64,000 bases of DNA, taken from contig LFSG01000046.1 of the NCBI GenBank assembly GCA_001512685.1, positions 17,707-81,706 of the forward strand, in the 5' to 3' direction. Numbering within the stretch: the stretch's first letter is position 1; each line of letters starts with the position of its first letter. The notes beneath the pieces were generated by a model. The model worked only from the letters and a program-made list of their open reading frames with translations, was not told the origin of the DNA and made no database searches. Origin of the DNA: Clostridiales bacterium DTU072 (GTDB taxonomy: Bacteria > Bacillota > Clostridia > Christensenellales > DTU072). The position numbers and the translations under genes are program-made. Below are positions 51,801-59,000 of the stretch, piece after piece.

Positions 51801-52927
51801 TAAAGAAAGAATTGACAATAGAAGTGGGAGTTGTGGAAAGCGGTTATCTTGAACCTCTTAAAGAATTAAACAGCTCTATTAAATTCAACGGAATAGTAGG
51901 AAACGACAGGGCTTCCATGTTCGGGTATCTTGTGTGTGAAAGCAATGTTACAAGCAAACACATGGTAGGCGAATATCCCATTAATTTTGTAGGCTTCAAA
52001 AAATCATACGACAGCGAAAAGATTTATTACCTCGACACTTCCGTTCCTTCAGACCATGTTACCGCCTTTGACCCCGTGCTTTTCAACAATTACGAAATAA
52101 CGGTAACGGACGGCGTTTACAGCATTAAAAAGGCCAATGAGCAAGCCATAATGATTCATTCTCAAGAAGAATTGATAATAAGATATCAGCAATTGAAAGA
52201 CGGAGATACCGAAATGTGGTATTTGACTCCGGGCAATTACGGCGATTTGACCATCGATAAAAATATCGGGCTTACCATTATCGGCTGTTATGACACCGCT
52301 ATAGAGGAAAACGATTACAGCCATATCAATGACGCGCACGACAAGACAATGGCCGAAGTCAAAGACGACGCGCTTAAGATTGTAACCGTTTTTGATTCCA
52401 TTACCGTTAACAGAGGAGCTTTGACCTTGGATATTGTAAGAATAAACGGTGAGATTAATCAAACCGTGGTATATATGGGCAAGAATGCGTCTTCGTTGAC
52501 GATTAACAGAAGCTTGTTCAAGCATACCCAAGTATCGGGCGAGGGCGGCGCGTCCATACCGCAAAACGCCAACGCGATAAGCGTCAACCCCAGCTTTAGC
52601 GGTATGGTAAGAATTGAAAGGTCTTATATCGAAGGTTTTACTTCCGGCGTTTATATGAGAGGAGGCAGCAAGCTTGAGATAATCAACAGCAGATTCAATA
52701 AAAACACCGTGGGCGTAAAGAGCTCTGATGCCGACATCCACATTGAAGGCAGCAGATTTGAATTTACGCTCAACGAGGCCGTATATCTTGAAATGATGGA
52801 TTTCACCATAATAAACAGCTCCTTCTACAGCAACGGAGTGGGAATAAAGTCTTTGAGAACGAATACCTATGATTTATTGCTGGAAAACCGCTTTGGCTTA
52901 AATGTAACCGACATAGCGAATTTATAA
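33899..52927 (+). CDS. Giant lipoprotein, 6342 aa, with a C-terminal MBG-like domain and a right-handed beta-helix
   Basis: An uninterrupted 19.0-kb ORF starting 17 nt after the previous stop. GTG start with GGAGG 8 nt upstream. Lipobox LTMISC. Contents: head module, many beta modules, two helical regions (~40.7-42.2 kb and ~43.0-47.6 kb), four tandem ~100-aa repeats, and C-terminal parallel beta-helix-like repeats (…NSRFNKNTVGVKSSD…, …NSSFYSNGVGIKS…). Confidence 0.9.
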   Translation: MKRPIRIILLVILTAILSLTMISCAKNPGVNAPPIDNMPGNPSPIFKLNKNQMLTKISNGIDLGAKILEESERSYVSTVYTVLVKHINYTITYKANYAPKRQDSEIYAKIFDNNENMNRVFVYYNKGELFYQLEGQRHSIPDFGITSSFDLFFELITMLDMSYTLMSENIAAIFDPNNMGGNIGPLIDQSRMQHIQLSEGEEVRESIEMRDVNLNYEDVKKTINTLIQDVFGKFERKLDLLTLKYLGFRLSDLSTIELNDLNGDFINVRLRNNAAETIIFEASGNLTDRINTFYGELELEAREGKGEIVLQDDENPYLVNYPEMLMGRFNYGGTLFVPFLDMTYDATFRTILSSSDNTINQVLFTLNSRHEEIGGLFYKDQMLYVDITGINRQLNGAIELEKLNLPKVKFDGLDLALEISLLINDLVRIVKGFTGDDEYGENEELTRLLLENIVSDEDTSTITVTVTKELIQQLYGEDVDLLQLIADKLEVPRELITQILGDQALENAKLVILYNVESGAIGLDLYDGDYLVFELRMEKIDPLPGDTITYPQSFNPDTFTWLEIPDNTILSLQGTLSMQEVSKIDFNCLFGALLGDISGVNTPYTLYSNEQLHFFLDIMQIYKYIEGVDGELYREIEKVMKFEIYKNDILQIGVYSSKDPNYLLVDFNVPVGPLGSDRNGVPYIQKTLKYKIERIKVKEAFAELLGDDNIFGMENVMDMFTRLLRSIRESVSMRLRFVDSSFAFNLVSDTVKELIGLDNLNALIKTRIRFAMTPQQYLNINIVEDDFVTPSISFLDNLDFESIYQMQWHEFAYTHFGNDVMRFKLTYIEDSVRIISGKYLYQPQAKLLDKIVSYYVTLYDSVNGIKVVKNTLDPETPHNKDAVLNTERPLQIDPSLTEDLPEKIPVLYDDGTFGEVNYTIEGFDVSNITVSGMPRAEYWLVIGKGSVAEIKFYIAVEVLGRVIVPIKEIVNGVPSNMRSPDLGAPVVDEVTIDPYTYAIRKAENAFWNPLKTSLTLKFEPVEGEDIGDTVNISNIEWDFDFSNIQFNGGVFFTHAYYNKLLIALKVNVKSKIVAYLRFVDIVNIHLPMDSRPYTEAPAQYTVDVLDTSTYAFPTGSTAERQLRLYFEDGTYRIIGTRDHTSDDTEYFKNYLPIVLEWKHATVDYASIRLVGTKAPLGPVDKNINSAIIGNESFTIGVQPITLTILMPSRAEATIGNAGTIYAITGFNRRLDDSYNFEDPIREHVTYTNASFAPNLPLGSFFEYNPYNQLPLPDIIYLDVEQGGENRIQRKGYKVEWLESDVLMPRDVYDDSGNKIKTEYVLRNVYIDEEYFLVRGLVGNGNHKIVVKMIVKNLEAVYQSITFEGMSPNVTQKTIDPYLPYTLPAHYTLLLKNGNEIRIDAVEWFIVLQPNQKWMMQLNGKSYHWIYDYIEYLDAIAQGLPHEDLEDIIPPGFSEPTQSELEYFLLLIEKGEIPLDNRYVFSHTGGTYVLKSYVEASESIIAQEVFLTLNVIPRTVLIKEDENGYTQIDIFNSGSSQPSERFTLDTYHVSSDTMLKRLEYLLSMNGEYERTLKLFNNIYMDNRKEYPELDYMLLYAQCYDDYYAAVNQSEKNVLTSYYYQTINMMPDAMPEEIKYYALQNYLEDKNAELAKATVGIYFGDFEEISMNKYELHVRWINIGEIIAALTSSEGAMSGIVLEGYIGYGQVNQQLIRIPFNISRRKIVNFNFNRMTGYDPSIMSVDYRFVYIGNETEATALIDDITDAVLLDNTIPQHEKSYTIFTRLYNYISVTDYDRAIMDSVEESIYHEDTEMRYALILQEIRRLRLENIRTVLIEMHKPMGLTQLDDDGDRIFMAPADYFLNLFSQVSLMFADGTEGYYAPRFVMGNGATLEEQKTDFNHKLLAVNPENVELDPVTGRRYAYVNVLLTHLSQGSCEYPVTIKFKAIVDQKGVVDGYPTESELDPYDEFGNPRFLQGYALPKKITVNYDYSGPVTFGNIPYWILSSPLQGYNEGDFLTVIPVTSINLLNPSIIDFRINLPCSQGEYTYHINFPRKYIGKVMYNAQAEDSNFAQLNIENGIIEINNLYQIYDPTKPLGFDIAKLPTKINPYSYEFGDVQFDLGNMVIDTYFTVTSNNSYTVEWRLTDEWASGRKIDHNGTAVNVNGEIVIEPVLFATAKLYSYYYVNPDYPDQPIFLEQEIELYIKVKPMTNPVIEYDGLVEYADNNYITFDPYDDPNDYGGNLILPKDGLKVYFNGSKEDMHIFDSRAALSYELLMADADEKVKSLLFDALMARSATGNIEKQNYQKLLINGIIDSYAFGMGVTRQQASQTLLSIAYDFLLEGSGYTMSERTNRRRFLLDYSVKLFSENYGLSSYQAWLNLMSQNVDLQSRATIIDDYMRSLDILTEQQIIEDIDVLYLGYDNFLNEMTSQNQESIMALYTADFDTAYKAWIIDLLAQRQAYEIERNNALEAINQEGGIADPVLLRAEIFNRVMVAVSAQSKLDILRIAVENEQFTQLIQIITGKTLEQAAGALLYRKLVIAAYARTELLAILNTALASTIEDWDNQLTASRAWETHLQKTVERGSYDSIKNLIELYMSASEDYSVARLKEIVMNQLINIYQYRDEDVAEYFNKEGAAVAVEIFATVITGSSGQLQNWQNQKAKAEVWDYISKRFENDGILTRILLGENDINQSGRLDTVPIRALSYERLKQSEILYIFSARLTALEQEVSDPDPQARRAEIFGRLYSIATLEEKVMLIEIMMGAAERVTDTQESVTVIAYTQAGHSIIRIDGNILKLYLYLPDGQRIDLILDIFSREIKETLVPNIITNTEDGQLISQEVQLPNIYYIDPYNTETFRLPLQAEFVFESGYNLILDIPEWTDFDGDIFYTRSSDFPKIYYYRFTENSYRGGVYTLTSYLTYGRGANAEKQYFTITVIVLNRTLKEEYDEKFHFDNPISGREEDIPRQLSADMFVDIDLYYRGLIPAEYYYTNFGSPVVPEINWSKTALNDQGITDSDISVSGGFTKQVKGYLYYDNLLLTKTYDKLWNEIYHQYASQTKPMAWESLFEITFEGERIVKTVFAGEAATQIKALDDMIFNELYIDAYWRTYEEGDSNLQSKIDNLLITLKNNNMGLYPYDSPQWYVLLFKDLSAKAKTDTLLPIERDVWTEFYAKYVEEETFTIKARREEKWNQLFAMQGVLTDNQRKIAEGYLNDAYKQFRNSMLVTVWDGLERLANEREAAVMAQLIDTLRYLYGSTEQAKVRAWDFLKNDDRVKGIIGESAKVTITAKKWSLVDLRNQAQEIINEIIFNAFTKTTNEEYFLADFEVVNSLLIDRLNELLDQTVLEYIDEYKDDALQILKDYIYNLILKEMLNIDNANAALEPQPRKAKNWTDIMAVKINEAVAPIDDTRQDVENTHPGIDQYQRDEIVWTRLFEGSGEWRPIMEQIYGQVLEDSSISPEHCYYEATERYRQARIDSYTQEMNDIYEDIYYQQSLQAWEAVESDPHAYGETPITVDEILYRQIKRDAWIKLYAISTEQEQITMNNRLNDANEVYARAWNNYFNEVLDPNRKQLMSYLLAYYKSYGFAYDYIRQNPSILNETEQSLDELQNHIAAIYPQACQEFVIAEAVTRLLACYPQQVGQIIASRENALKREAWYYLVYIRDNASVLTALMPEEELKALSWERLYSHREQDVQAEYDIIEGIFDDIALEMIDKQYAVAYEYLEDTLDGENKDKLLQFHAQSDLDQIRAVLWDRLYAQSDDKISMDAVYNIILNEGVAPGSAAKSRSWERYMGKNETSDDIKALMEEMFDTYLKARVFEQFRDWYLQNSVSEADIIYQYYVDCFKKFEVWNQLYQFAISNEDEELQLLMDDILADVAFGGEYEGSSEKEIYAAAFDILITQLDPFMADYAEVLLSQAQPRYKDEAAINALKADEWDNFLQNADSARLIEMNRIYDKYSSILNTVYRKAYSLDDPEFTDIILSLQEKQDLAERLQSKIEQLLDLLFMEFTFHDLAQVHNEISDIYDTLLNRKDSLYFDKDIPLSILKRQAVILYKELRYLQAQDYLESVFVGALADFEKEFNIETWNRYYQFCLSHNAARAQKMQDILAQATDNQIDGIKVAALDYLYAEFIEQAVWKIDLTSDGFTDVLKKDLLWRQLFGEDTSSLKEILNEILPIDDNQMSVKDMAWRDMLGHVQARSAYLEDMVQLRSDLRQLYPYYSDNQIDELAFEEAYAWNIDELCQLMDSALAQYGEAASASKHLAWRDLTESFELDKACYDIMVNVRNIVYSENTHLSDAQINMLAFERTTANYPQVGDRLVKEFVYDLKSAAFDRINEIYAQNAVLQTLFTEMFHMEMLYHNNDEMESKAVCWDRLTGMTAYIENTLAGIDPRFTEQELRAFAVNCLLDMLSGSERTALSNAVNNVSIPYAPEEIDAMIYDLIYEKIIPSEKAILREFYEQSSQPQHLKKSHALSLYREYKSDIAVKDINDIAFERYQKYYEELSDQQKLELYTLLQQPQAVGPMIVYTFDTAMKYWQDGSVDTEYARMNIFWDTQVLDAGGDIASIYIGNAYKAFDNEEGQFNYAVNTLEGYNYLYKNRQIEIEYLDFYGRLNIYAGDEIIDVRNYYNELVIDPLNAFIPDTVDAYGRITGVEPDVEINGQLYTYIGKVNISFESRIYDFLYDEEGSLGEDITATVTPGLGAEDQFLNIKVYYLNRVPVMYYVNSEHYTNELIDETLMLYPLSYDNLTGNKILRIDPLNESIYNKFAQEYILPNSLVIMFTDAYADGIISTLFMNGIFDKRLDITDIQWDLAGNEITLKGVNANIRIGAYSVDGVAQSSTSSMNEDFWGIQLIAPECRPERILEVNQQGHGSQTLASLTGDTLRAIEKIDPYNPMDSFPSNVRVEFAGAIDSKLITGITWQFVEGRDLDYLKIPDVITGKRGEEAMYIIGGFTCVSEVIWINFPIKKRHIDISVEGSDGEIRYIEGGTIYLIKDMDLNTQLSRISYLCYNFAEFDQDSDWSEVPLEFLANDLLQIDINKVGVYRVRGILGPINDPNIVFDVVVIDPKLYTLDVNNNLNEKVYYDMLSVAVNNHGVRIEGKEGEEGFLPQHMLQLNVYDSNNNIIIGYKEFNIINTVYDIANKQVIFTCNYVFLDENDDIDRIAGNLSGGQELTFTVSIPLETYLYTAIDDSMTLDTEKAEGVNILRHQLGAPLVMSDLPKAVMNKGKPNEFEVTLLWDLSGINVNRAGSYNLYGYYRDYTSSYITKSKSLVVIIDKIDISNNISVEESTIRTYNGLYIRMTPVLPDVLRENGSYAQLRLGREIIVEYITEEKYLLGEFGDFRTTPFKDAGSYYVRITVDDYNVVGQYDFKLIINPIEIDPEDIGFDYGAGSSTVSVPIPNWPQTAEEKNRLYYTQFRQLADQEFGPNVANRAKANAYDKLYVKVNNIAQDLLNNRYIALLQATYPEYEDSEEDVKANIEIAVKAMVWDEIVPYGLVSQRMVPGWPINEAEKILLLEAAEDQVAQEGEDYTDNVVKAQAYDNLYNGVIALGQILLSERLNEIILNEYPGYDQAPESIKTAMLIEAKAKVWDEIVPTGLINNPLVANWPLKAEEKEQLLDAEYEFLFDLIYAGSEKEYFIQRVRAKAYDILYANVYSTAQLKLEQMVRTLIVRHYPLFDTYTEEQQALILVEIKGLAWQEIIPGDTVEERSYIYDGREHMPIVSGLPQAYILGWPQTQEEKDALLNLAQNENINFTLEQAKARAFDNLMQTVYSNIYALEKLNKILSDVIDEYYPHYYNPALSYEEKQEILIAAKAGAWDNRVLPGDTVQEVNYTFNFWYSDMENNGMIVYTRPKAAGTYELTLIIDPELNRNYRLKGVTGIVTTISIRRAVIDQTFANYMVYQGKNILPICQGLHDENGDLPEGVSIEYSFMKDGQKVNYIRDVGQYTFTAVVNGGNNYPSWTVEDQIINIVKKELTIEVGVVESGYLEPLKELNSSIKFNGIVGNDRASMFGYLVCESNVTSKHMVGEYPINFVGFKKSYDSEKIYYLDTSVPSDHVTAFDPVLFNNYEITVTDGVYSIKKANEQAIMIHSQEELIIRYQQLKDGDTEMWYLTPGNYGDLTIDKNIGLTIIGCYDTAIEENDYSHINDAHDKTMAEVKDDALKIVTVFDSITVNRGALTLDIVRINGEINQTVVYMGKNASSLTINRSLFKHTQVSGEGGASIPQNANAISVNPSFSGMVRIERSYIEGFTSGVYMRGGSKLEIINSRFNKNTVGVKSSDADIHIEGSRFEFTLNEAVYLEMMDFTIINSSFYSNGVGIKSLRTNTYDLLLENRFGLNVTDIANL
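43018..47570 (+). repeat. ~1500-aa degenerate helical repeat region with a recurring W-(D/E)-x-(L)-(Y/F) motif
   Basis: Examples read from the translation: KVRAWDFLKN, IVWTRLFEG, RDAWIKLYAI, ARAWNNYFNE, KREAWYYLVY, ALSWERLYSH, AVLWDRLYAQ, SRSWERYMGK, FEVWNQLYQF, ADEWDNFLQN, IETWNRYYQF, DLLWRQLFGE, DMAWRDMLGH, HLAWRDLTES, AVCWDRLTGM. Confidence 0.7.
50087..51375 (+). repeat. Four tandem ~100-126-aa protein repeats inside the 6342-aa gene
   Basis: Units start in-frame at 50087 (NWPQTAEEK), 50396 (GWPINEAEK), 50702 (NWPLKAEEK) and 51080 (GWPQTQEEK). Each contains …KA.AYD.LY… and …YP.Y… then …AKA.VWDEI(V/I)P…. They are diverged at the nucleotide level. Confidence 0.75.
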
Positions 52928-53024
52928 TAAAAAACGGATTGGCGCTTAAAGGGCGTTGCCCGCGCGCATAGTACTGAAAATCGATAAAAACGCAATCCGA
53001 TAAAGCGGCTCAAAGGGCGTTATA

Positions 53025-53054
53025 TTGACTTAAATCTTTATATTATATTATAAT
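53025..53054 (+). promoter_or_regulatory. Predicted promoter of the protease/cohesin transcription unit
   Basis: TTGACT (53025-53030), an 18-nt spacer, then TATAAT (53049-53054), ~35 nt upstream of the ATG at 53091. Confidence 0.5.
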
Positions 53055-53090
53055 ATTTATGCGATTGCACAATGAAAAGGCGATAAAAAT

Positions 53091-56000
53091 ATGAAAAAGA
53101 AAGCAAAAATTACATATATCGCGATATTAACCTTATTTATATTGGCCCTTGCTTTTTTTGCCATGGAAGGGTTTGAAGACCGCCGTTTAAGTCCGCAAGG
53201 GGAGATTGTGGGCAAGAACACCTTCAGGCAAACAATGGTGCAGGCCGATGGCGTTACTGTGGAATTTTTTGCTTCAGGCGACCAATATTTCAATTATTTG
53301 CACGATAAAGACGGATATATATTATTAAGACACAACGGATACCTTGTATACGCCAAAGAAAAAAACGGGCGTCCCATGCCCTCAAGCGTAAAGTATACCG
53401 ACAGCAGGGAAAAAATTGACGCCCTTGACAAAATGGTGTATTCGGATATAGATTTTTCCTTGAATCCCGATTTGATAACCGAATATCCCGAGCAGCAAAG
53501 TTCGGCTCTTTATCAAAGCGCTCAATCTCATCAGCCCATAATCAATATTGTTATTTTTATATGCTTCGCGGGAGAAACGGTTAATCTTGACCGGCAGCTT
53601 ATAGACGGCTATTTGAACGGCTCGGAAAACTCCCTTGCCGATTATTATTACAAGCTGTCCTACGGCAAGATTAATGTGGAAAGCGTTTATCCTCAAACAA
53701 GCGGCGACAATATATATGTTTATCAAGACAGCAATCCCCGAAGCTATTATCAATTGAAGGAAGGCGCTTCCAACAGAGCCAGACGGGAAAGCCAGCTTCT
53801 CAATAGCGCCGTGGCCGCCAGCCGATATTATTTTGATTTGCAGGGGCTTGATATCGATACCGACAATGACGGCTTTGTGGATTCGGTGAATTTTTTAATT
53901 TCCGGAACGCCGTACAGCTCATGGGGAGGGATGCTATGGCCTCATTCTTGGGATTTATACGATATATCCAATGGCAATTCCCAAACAATAAACGGCTTAA
54001 GGGTAAGAAAATATTCCTTCAATTTCTTGGAGCAGCTTACGGTGGGCTTGCTTGCGCACGAATTCGCGCATGTTTTGGGCGTGCCCGATTTATATCATTA
54101 TAACGACAGCCACGCCGCTGTGGGGAATTGGGATTTAATGCATTATGAAGCCGATATTCCGCAATTCATGACCACGCATTTGAGATACAAATATTTGAAC
54201 GTCGTTAATGACTGCCAGATAGGCATAGTGGAGTATAACGGCGTATATTCGCTTAAACCCGTAACGGCGGCTTCGCCGCATGATATAGTCGCTTATCGCA
54301 TAAATACCGACAAAAGCGACGAATATTTTATGGTGGAATTCCGAAATAACAACATAGCGGGATATGACGCTTCGCTGCCTGGGGCGGGTCTTATCATATA
54401 CAGAATAAAACAGGGCGTTTACGGCAACAGCGAAGCGCTGAAGCATAACGCCCAAAAACCCGACGAGGTATATATTTTCCGTCCCAATGTGGTTACTACG
54501 GGGAGCGAAGCCACAAAATCGCTGGGCAATTTGAACAAAGCGTATTTGTCGCCGCATAATCCCGATTTTTATAAAGTGGGCAGCAGCTTACAGCAAAAAC
54601 CCAACTCTTATTTCGACAGCGACACTTTGTATTATACAAACGGGCGCAACAGCGGTATAAGCATTGAAGCCATAGCTATTAACGACGACCAAATTATTTT
54701 TGAAGTAAAACTTTCGGGCGTGGACAATGTGGATAATAATTATTTTTTGAATAAATTGTCCATAGAAAACGCCAAATTAAATAACGACTCGCAATTTAGC
54801 GGAGTATATGCCGACTTAAATGTAAGCGATATAAATTTATCGTATCTGAAAAGCTTGTACGCCACCCTTAAATCCCAAAGCGGGAATGAAATCACCGTCG
54901 TTCACCTTGACAGGAATAAGTTTGTGGAAGCGTATCAAAGCGGCTTAAGGTCGTTTGCGGTAAGGTTTGTCGTTAACCGAAAAGGAAGCTCTCTCATAAG
55001 CGTATTCTATGACGCTCAGTGGAACAATTTCAACGAACCCGCAACAATGGAATTGTATGCAGTGGACAGCGATAACGACAACATTAAAATAGGCGAATAC
55101 GATATTAATAAATCTTACGCTTCCTGGGCGTCCATTGAGATGACCGGCATGGCGTATAAGCCTTCCGTCGACGCTTCCATGACAAGCACGGTAATCGTCA
55201 AAAAGGACGGAAGGGCTGTAGTGAGCAGCGTTAATCCTTCTTTGGACAGATTGTCTATTGAAGGCGTGATTTCGGCAAGCATAGGCGCTTATCATTTGCT
55301 TTGCGTCAAAAGCGATTTGAAAGTATGGGCGTACGGCAATATGAATCAAGGGGAAAACAATGTGGGAGATTGGACAAATATAATAAAAGCGGTGGCGGGC
55401 GAACACACCTCCTATGGCCTTGATTACAAAGGAAATGTATATTGCGCGGGCCAAAACACTTTGACAGGCGTAAACGAATGGCGAGATATTATAGATATAT
55501 CCGCGGGCGAAAAGCATATTGTGGGATTGCAAGCCAACGGCAGAGTGCTGGCGCTTGGAAATAACGAATATCAGCAGTGTCAGGTAAGCGAATGGACGGA
55601 TATTGTGGCCATAGCCGCAGGGCATAAGTTTACCGCGGGCTTAAAGAAAAACGGCAAAGTGGTAATTGCAGGAGAGCTGTCGGACGCTTACTTGGCGCAA
55701 GGCTGGAGCGATATTAAGAAAATCGCGGCGGGCGAAAACCATTTGCTTGCCATTGACGGCGGCGGAAAGGTCTATGCGGCGGGGGAAAACTTCCACGGGC
55801 AATGCAATGTGCAAGACATATACGACATTATTCAAATAGCCGCCGGCAAGGACCATTCAGTAATGCTGCGCGAGGACGGCGAGATAATTTACGCGGGACA
55901 TATCGAGCATGATTTATTGGATGACAACCTTATTTATATTAATGACGACTATGTGGAAGTAACCTCAATAACAAGTCCTTTCGATAAAAAGATATTGAAA

Positions 56001-59000
56001 ATCGGGCAAACCTATCAATTGAACCCCACTGTTTTACCGTATAACGCCACTTACAAGAAAATGACATACAGCTCCGGCAATCCCGAAAAAGTAAGCGTTA
56101 CGGCGGACGGATTGATTACCGCGCTTCAAGTGGGAACAGCCGTTATTACCGGCCGGCACAGGGGCTCGGAATTGAAAATAACCGTAGAGATAACCGTTCA
56201 AGAGCCTATAAATACAAAAGCAATGATAGCCGCGGGGGATAAACACAGCGTCATACTTGACAACAGCGGAACGGTATACTCAAGCGGCTCCAATGATTAC
56301 GGACAATTGGATGTGAATATGTGGGGGAATGTGGTGTTCGTCGCCGCAGGAGGCAATACCACTATAGGCATTACCCCCGAAAACAAATTGCTTGTGGCAG
56401 GCGAAATGGCGGGCATGGGAGCCGAACAATGGACGGATATCGTTTTTGCGGCTACAAGCGGCAACGCCATTGTAGGCATTACCCAATCGGGCATATGCAA
56501 AGCCATAGGCGACGACGATTACAAACAAGTTACTACCTACATTAGCGAACGGACCGATATAAAGGCCGTTGCCTTAAGCTCCACGCATATTGTGGCGCTT
56601 AAAAAAAACGGCACGGTTATCGCTTTCGGCAACAATTCAAGCGGACAAACAGAAGTAGGGCATTGGCGAAAGGTAGCGCAAATAGCGGCAGGAGAAGGCT
56701 TCAGCCTGGGGCTTACCGAGGAAGGCGAAGTGCTGTACGCGGGCGCTTCCCCTTATGTTCAAGACATGACAATAATAGAAGGCTGGAAGGACATCGTATA
56801 CATAGCCGCAGGCCCGTATCATATAGCCGCTGTGGATTTTGACGGCAATGTATACGCCGTGGGCAATAACTCGCACGGACAAACGGACGCGGGCGGCTTG
56901 GAAAATATAGGGTTGATAGCTTGCGGCGGAGCGCATACCGTGGGTATTGATTTTTACGGCGTGACGGCGGGCATAGGGCGGAATTATGACGGCAGGCTTC
57001 ATCTTCCCGATGTCAACGAATTGCCTTATATTGAACTTAACGATATTACTTTTGAAGAAGAGTCCTATTCCGACGATGTCATCTTCGGGGTTAAAATAGG
57101 CGAAAAAAGAAAATTAAACCCTGTTTTCAATCCGTTTAACGCCACAGACAGAAAGAGTCAAAACATTACTTATATAAGCAGCGCCCCGGCGATAGCTTCG
57201 GTAGACCAGCGCGGCTTTATAACCGGAATGAGCGCGGGAAGCGCCGTGGTTACCATGACCGTAAGAGGCAACGGCGAACAAAAGACCGCTTCCATTCAAG
57301 TGCGGGTATATTCCAACGCCATAAGCGTCAGCATAGCGCAACAGCCTTTTAAGACGGTGTACAGATACGGGGAAAGGTTGAGCTTGCTGGGAGGAAGAGC
57401 CATTGTTAGGATTTCGTCGGAAACAAGCTACAGCAAAAAAATCACCAAAGATATGATTGAAAATTATGACACCGTAACCAACGCTTACGGAAATGTAATG
57501 GTGAAGGTGCGCGACGGCCAGGCTTTCGCCAAATATGAGATAACCGTCGTCAATGTAACTCAATCGATAGAAATTACCGATATCTCCAACCTGAAAACAA
57601 TATATTATTATGGCGAAGAAATTGACCTTGGCGGCGGCTGGGTAACCCGCACGCTTGCGGACGGCTCTAAGTTGGACGCTCAAACAATGCAAAGCCTTGA
57701 CGATGGAAAAGGCTCTTTGGAAATAATCGCAGACACCCATATTTTGGCATCCACCTTCGTTACGCTCAAGTACACCGATCCCGATCCCATAGCCCTTAAA
57801 GCGGGGATTGTCAATGTCATATATATTTCATTTGAGATTGCCGTGTTTGATAAGGTTATAGGGATAACCCCCAATTTATCGAAATCGGTTTTTGCTTACG
57901 GCGAGGAAATTTTCGGCAACGGCGAATTGATAATAAAGATGCAGTCGGGCGCCGATATCATCGAACCCATAATACGGAAGACGGATATTGAGGACGGAGA
58001 GGATTCGGTTATCGTCATTGAAGGTTATGATAAATATGTTTTGGGCGCCCAAAATGTGAAGTTCAGATACTATAATCCCGATTTTGACATACCTTTGAGC
58101 TTGTATCCGCAAGTCTCCGTAACGGTGGAAGACAGCGTAAGCCATTTGATAGTTACTTCAATGATGCTAAACGACGCCGCGGTGTATGATTCCAATAAGC
58201 ATTACGACCAAAGCATATTGGCGAGAGTGTCTTTTTACGGTGGAGCGGTAATAGATGTGGGCAATGTGGACGGCCAACCCTTGTTTGAGAATATCCATTT
58301 AGGCTTTGACGACTACCAGCAAGGGGACGGCTTTGAAAACATCAACATGCATGTTTGGGTAAAAAACACCTTGGGCGGATACAGTAAACTTTATACGGTG
58401 GTGCAAAAGGTTTTCGGGTTGTCTTCGGTTGAGGAACTGCAGTTAATCGGCCAAAGCAGCTTCAAATACGGCGAGGAAACCGATTTAAGGCTGTGGATAA
58501 AAGTCGGAAACGATACCGAGTACACAATTGAGATAGACGATTGGGTGCTGGGCGTGGACAATACCTTGCTCACGCCGCAGACGATATCTTTCACGCTTAT
58601 GGGGAAAACCGCTCAAAAAACTATACAATTTTTTGATTATGTTACGGGAATTTATACAAGACAGCTTAATATTACGGTAATCGTCGGGCAAGAATACAAC
58701 CAAATTCCTTTGGATGTTTATTGCGTAATGGCAAGCGGCGCCGAACAAACCGTCCAAAACTGGACTATGTCCAACTATGATAAAAACAAGCTGGGGACAC
58801 AATATGTTACCGTCAATTATACCTTCAATTATGAACAATTTCATTATAATATTACCGTAAATGTTATTGATGTCATAGACGAGATAAGGGTGCTTTCTTC
58901 GCCCAAAACGCTTTATGAGGTATATCAGGACTTGGATTTAAGCGATTTCAGCATACGACTGATATTCCGGCAAAGCACGCCTCAAGACATACATTATAAC

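Noticed and set aside
23373-52741. Many long antisense ORFs inside the giant genes, e.g. 24420..25667 (415 aa), 25716..26852 (378 aa), 30189..31133, 32274..33167, 41600..42745 (381 aa), 48161..49318 (385 aa)
   Set aside because: All lie fully inside, and opposite to, the 10.9-kb and 19.0-kb sense ORFs. Their translations are compositionally odd (I/F/G/Y/V-rich, no motifs, no signal peptides). They are best explained by sense-strand codon usage depleting TTA/CTA/TCA in one frame. Uninterrupted sense ORFs of this length cannot arise by chance.
22989-52927. Classical Gram-positive anchoring or effector modules in the giants (LPXTG sortase signal, SLH, choline-binding or LysM repeats, RHS/YD, toxin or polymorphic-toxin C-termini, RTX repeats)
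   Set aside because: I read through both translations and saw none of these signatures. The only anchoring signal is the N-terminal lipobox. This absence is by eye, not by HMM search.
52928-53000. Intrinsic terminator after the 6342-aa gene
   Set aside because: Only a weak GGGC/GCCC hairpin and a long-range 7-bp pairing (52935-52941 with 52993-52999) are present, with no U-tract. I cannot call a terminator, so read-through into the protease gene remains possible.
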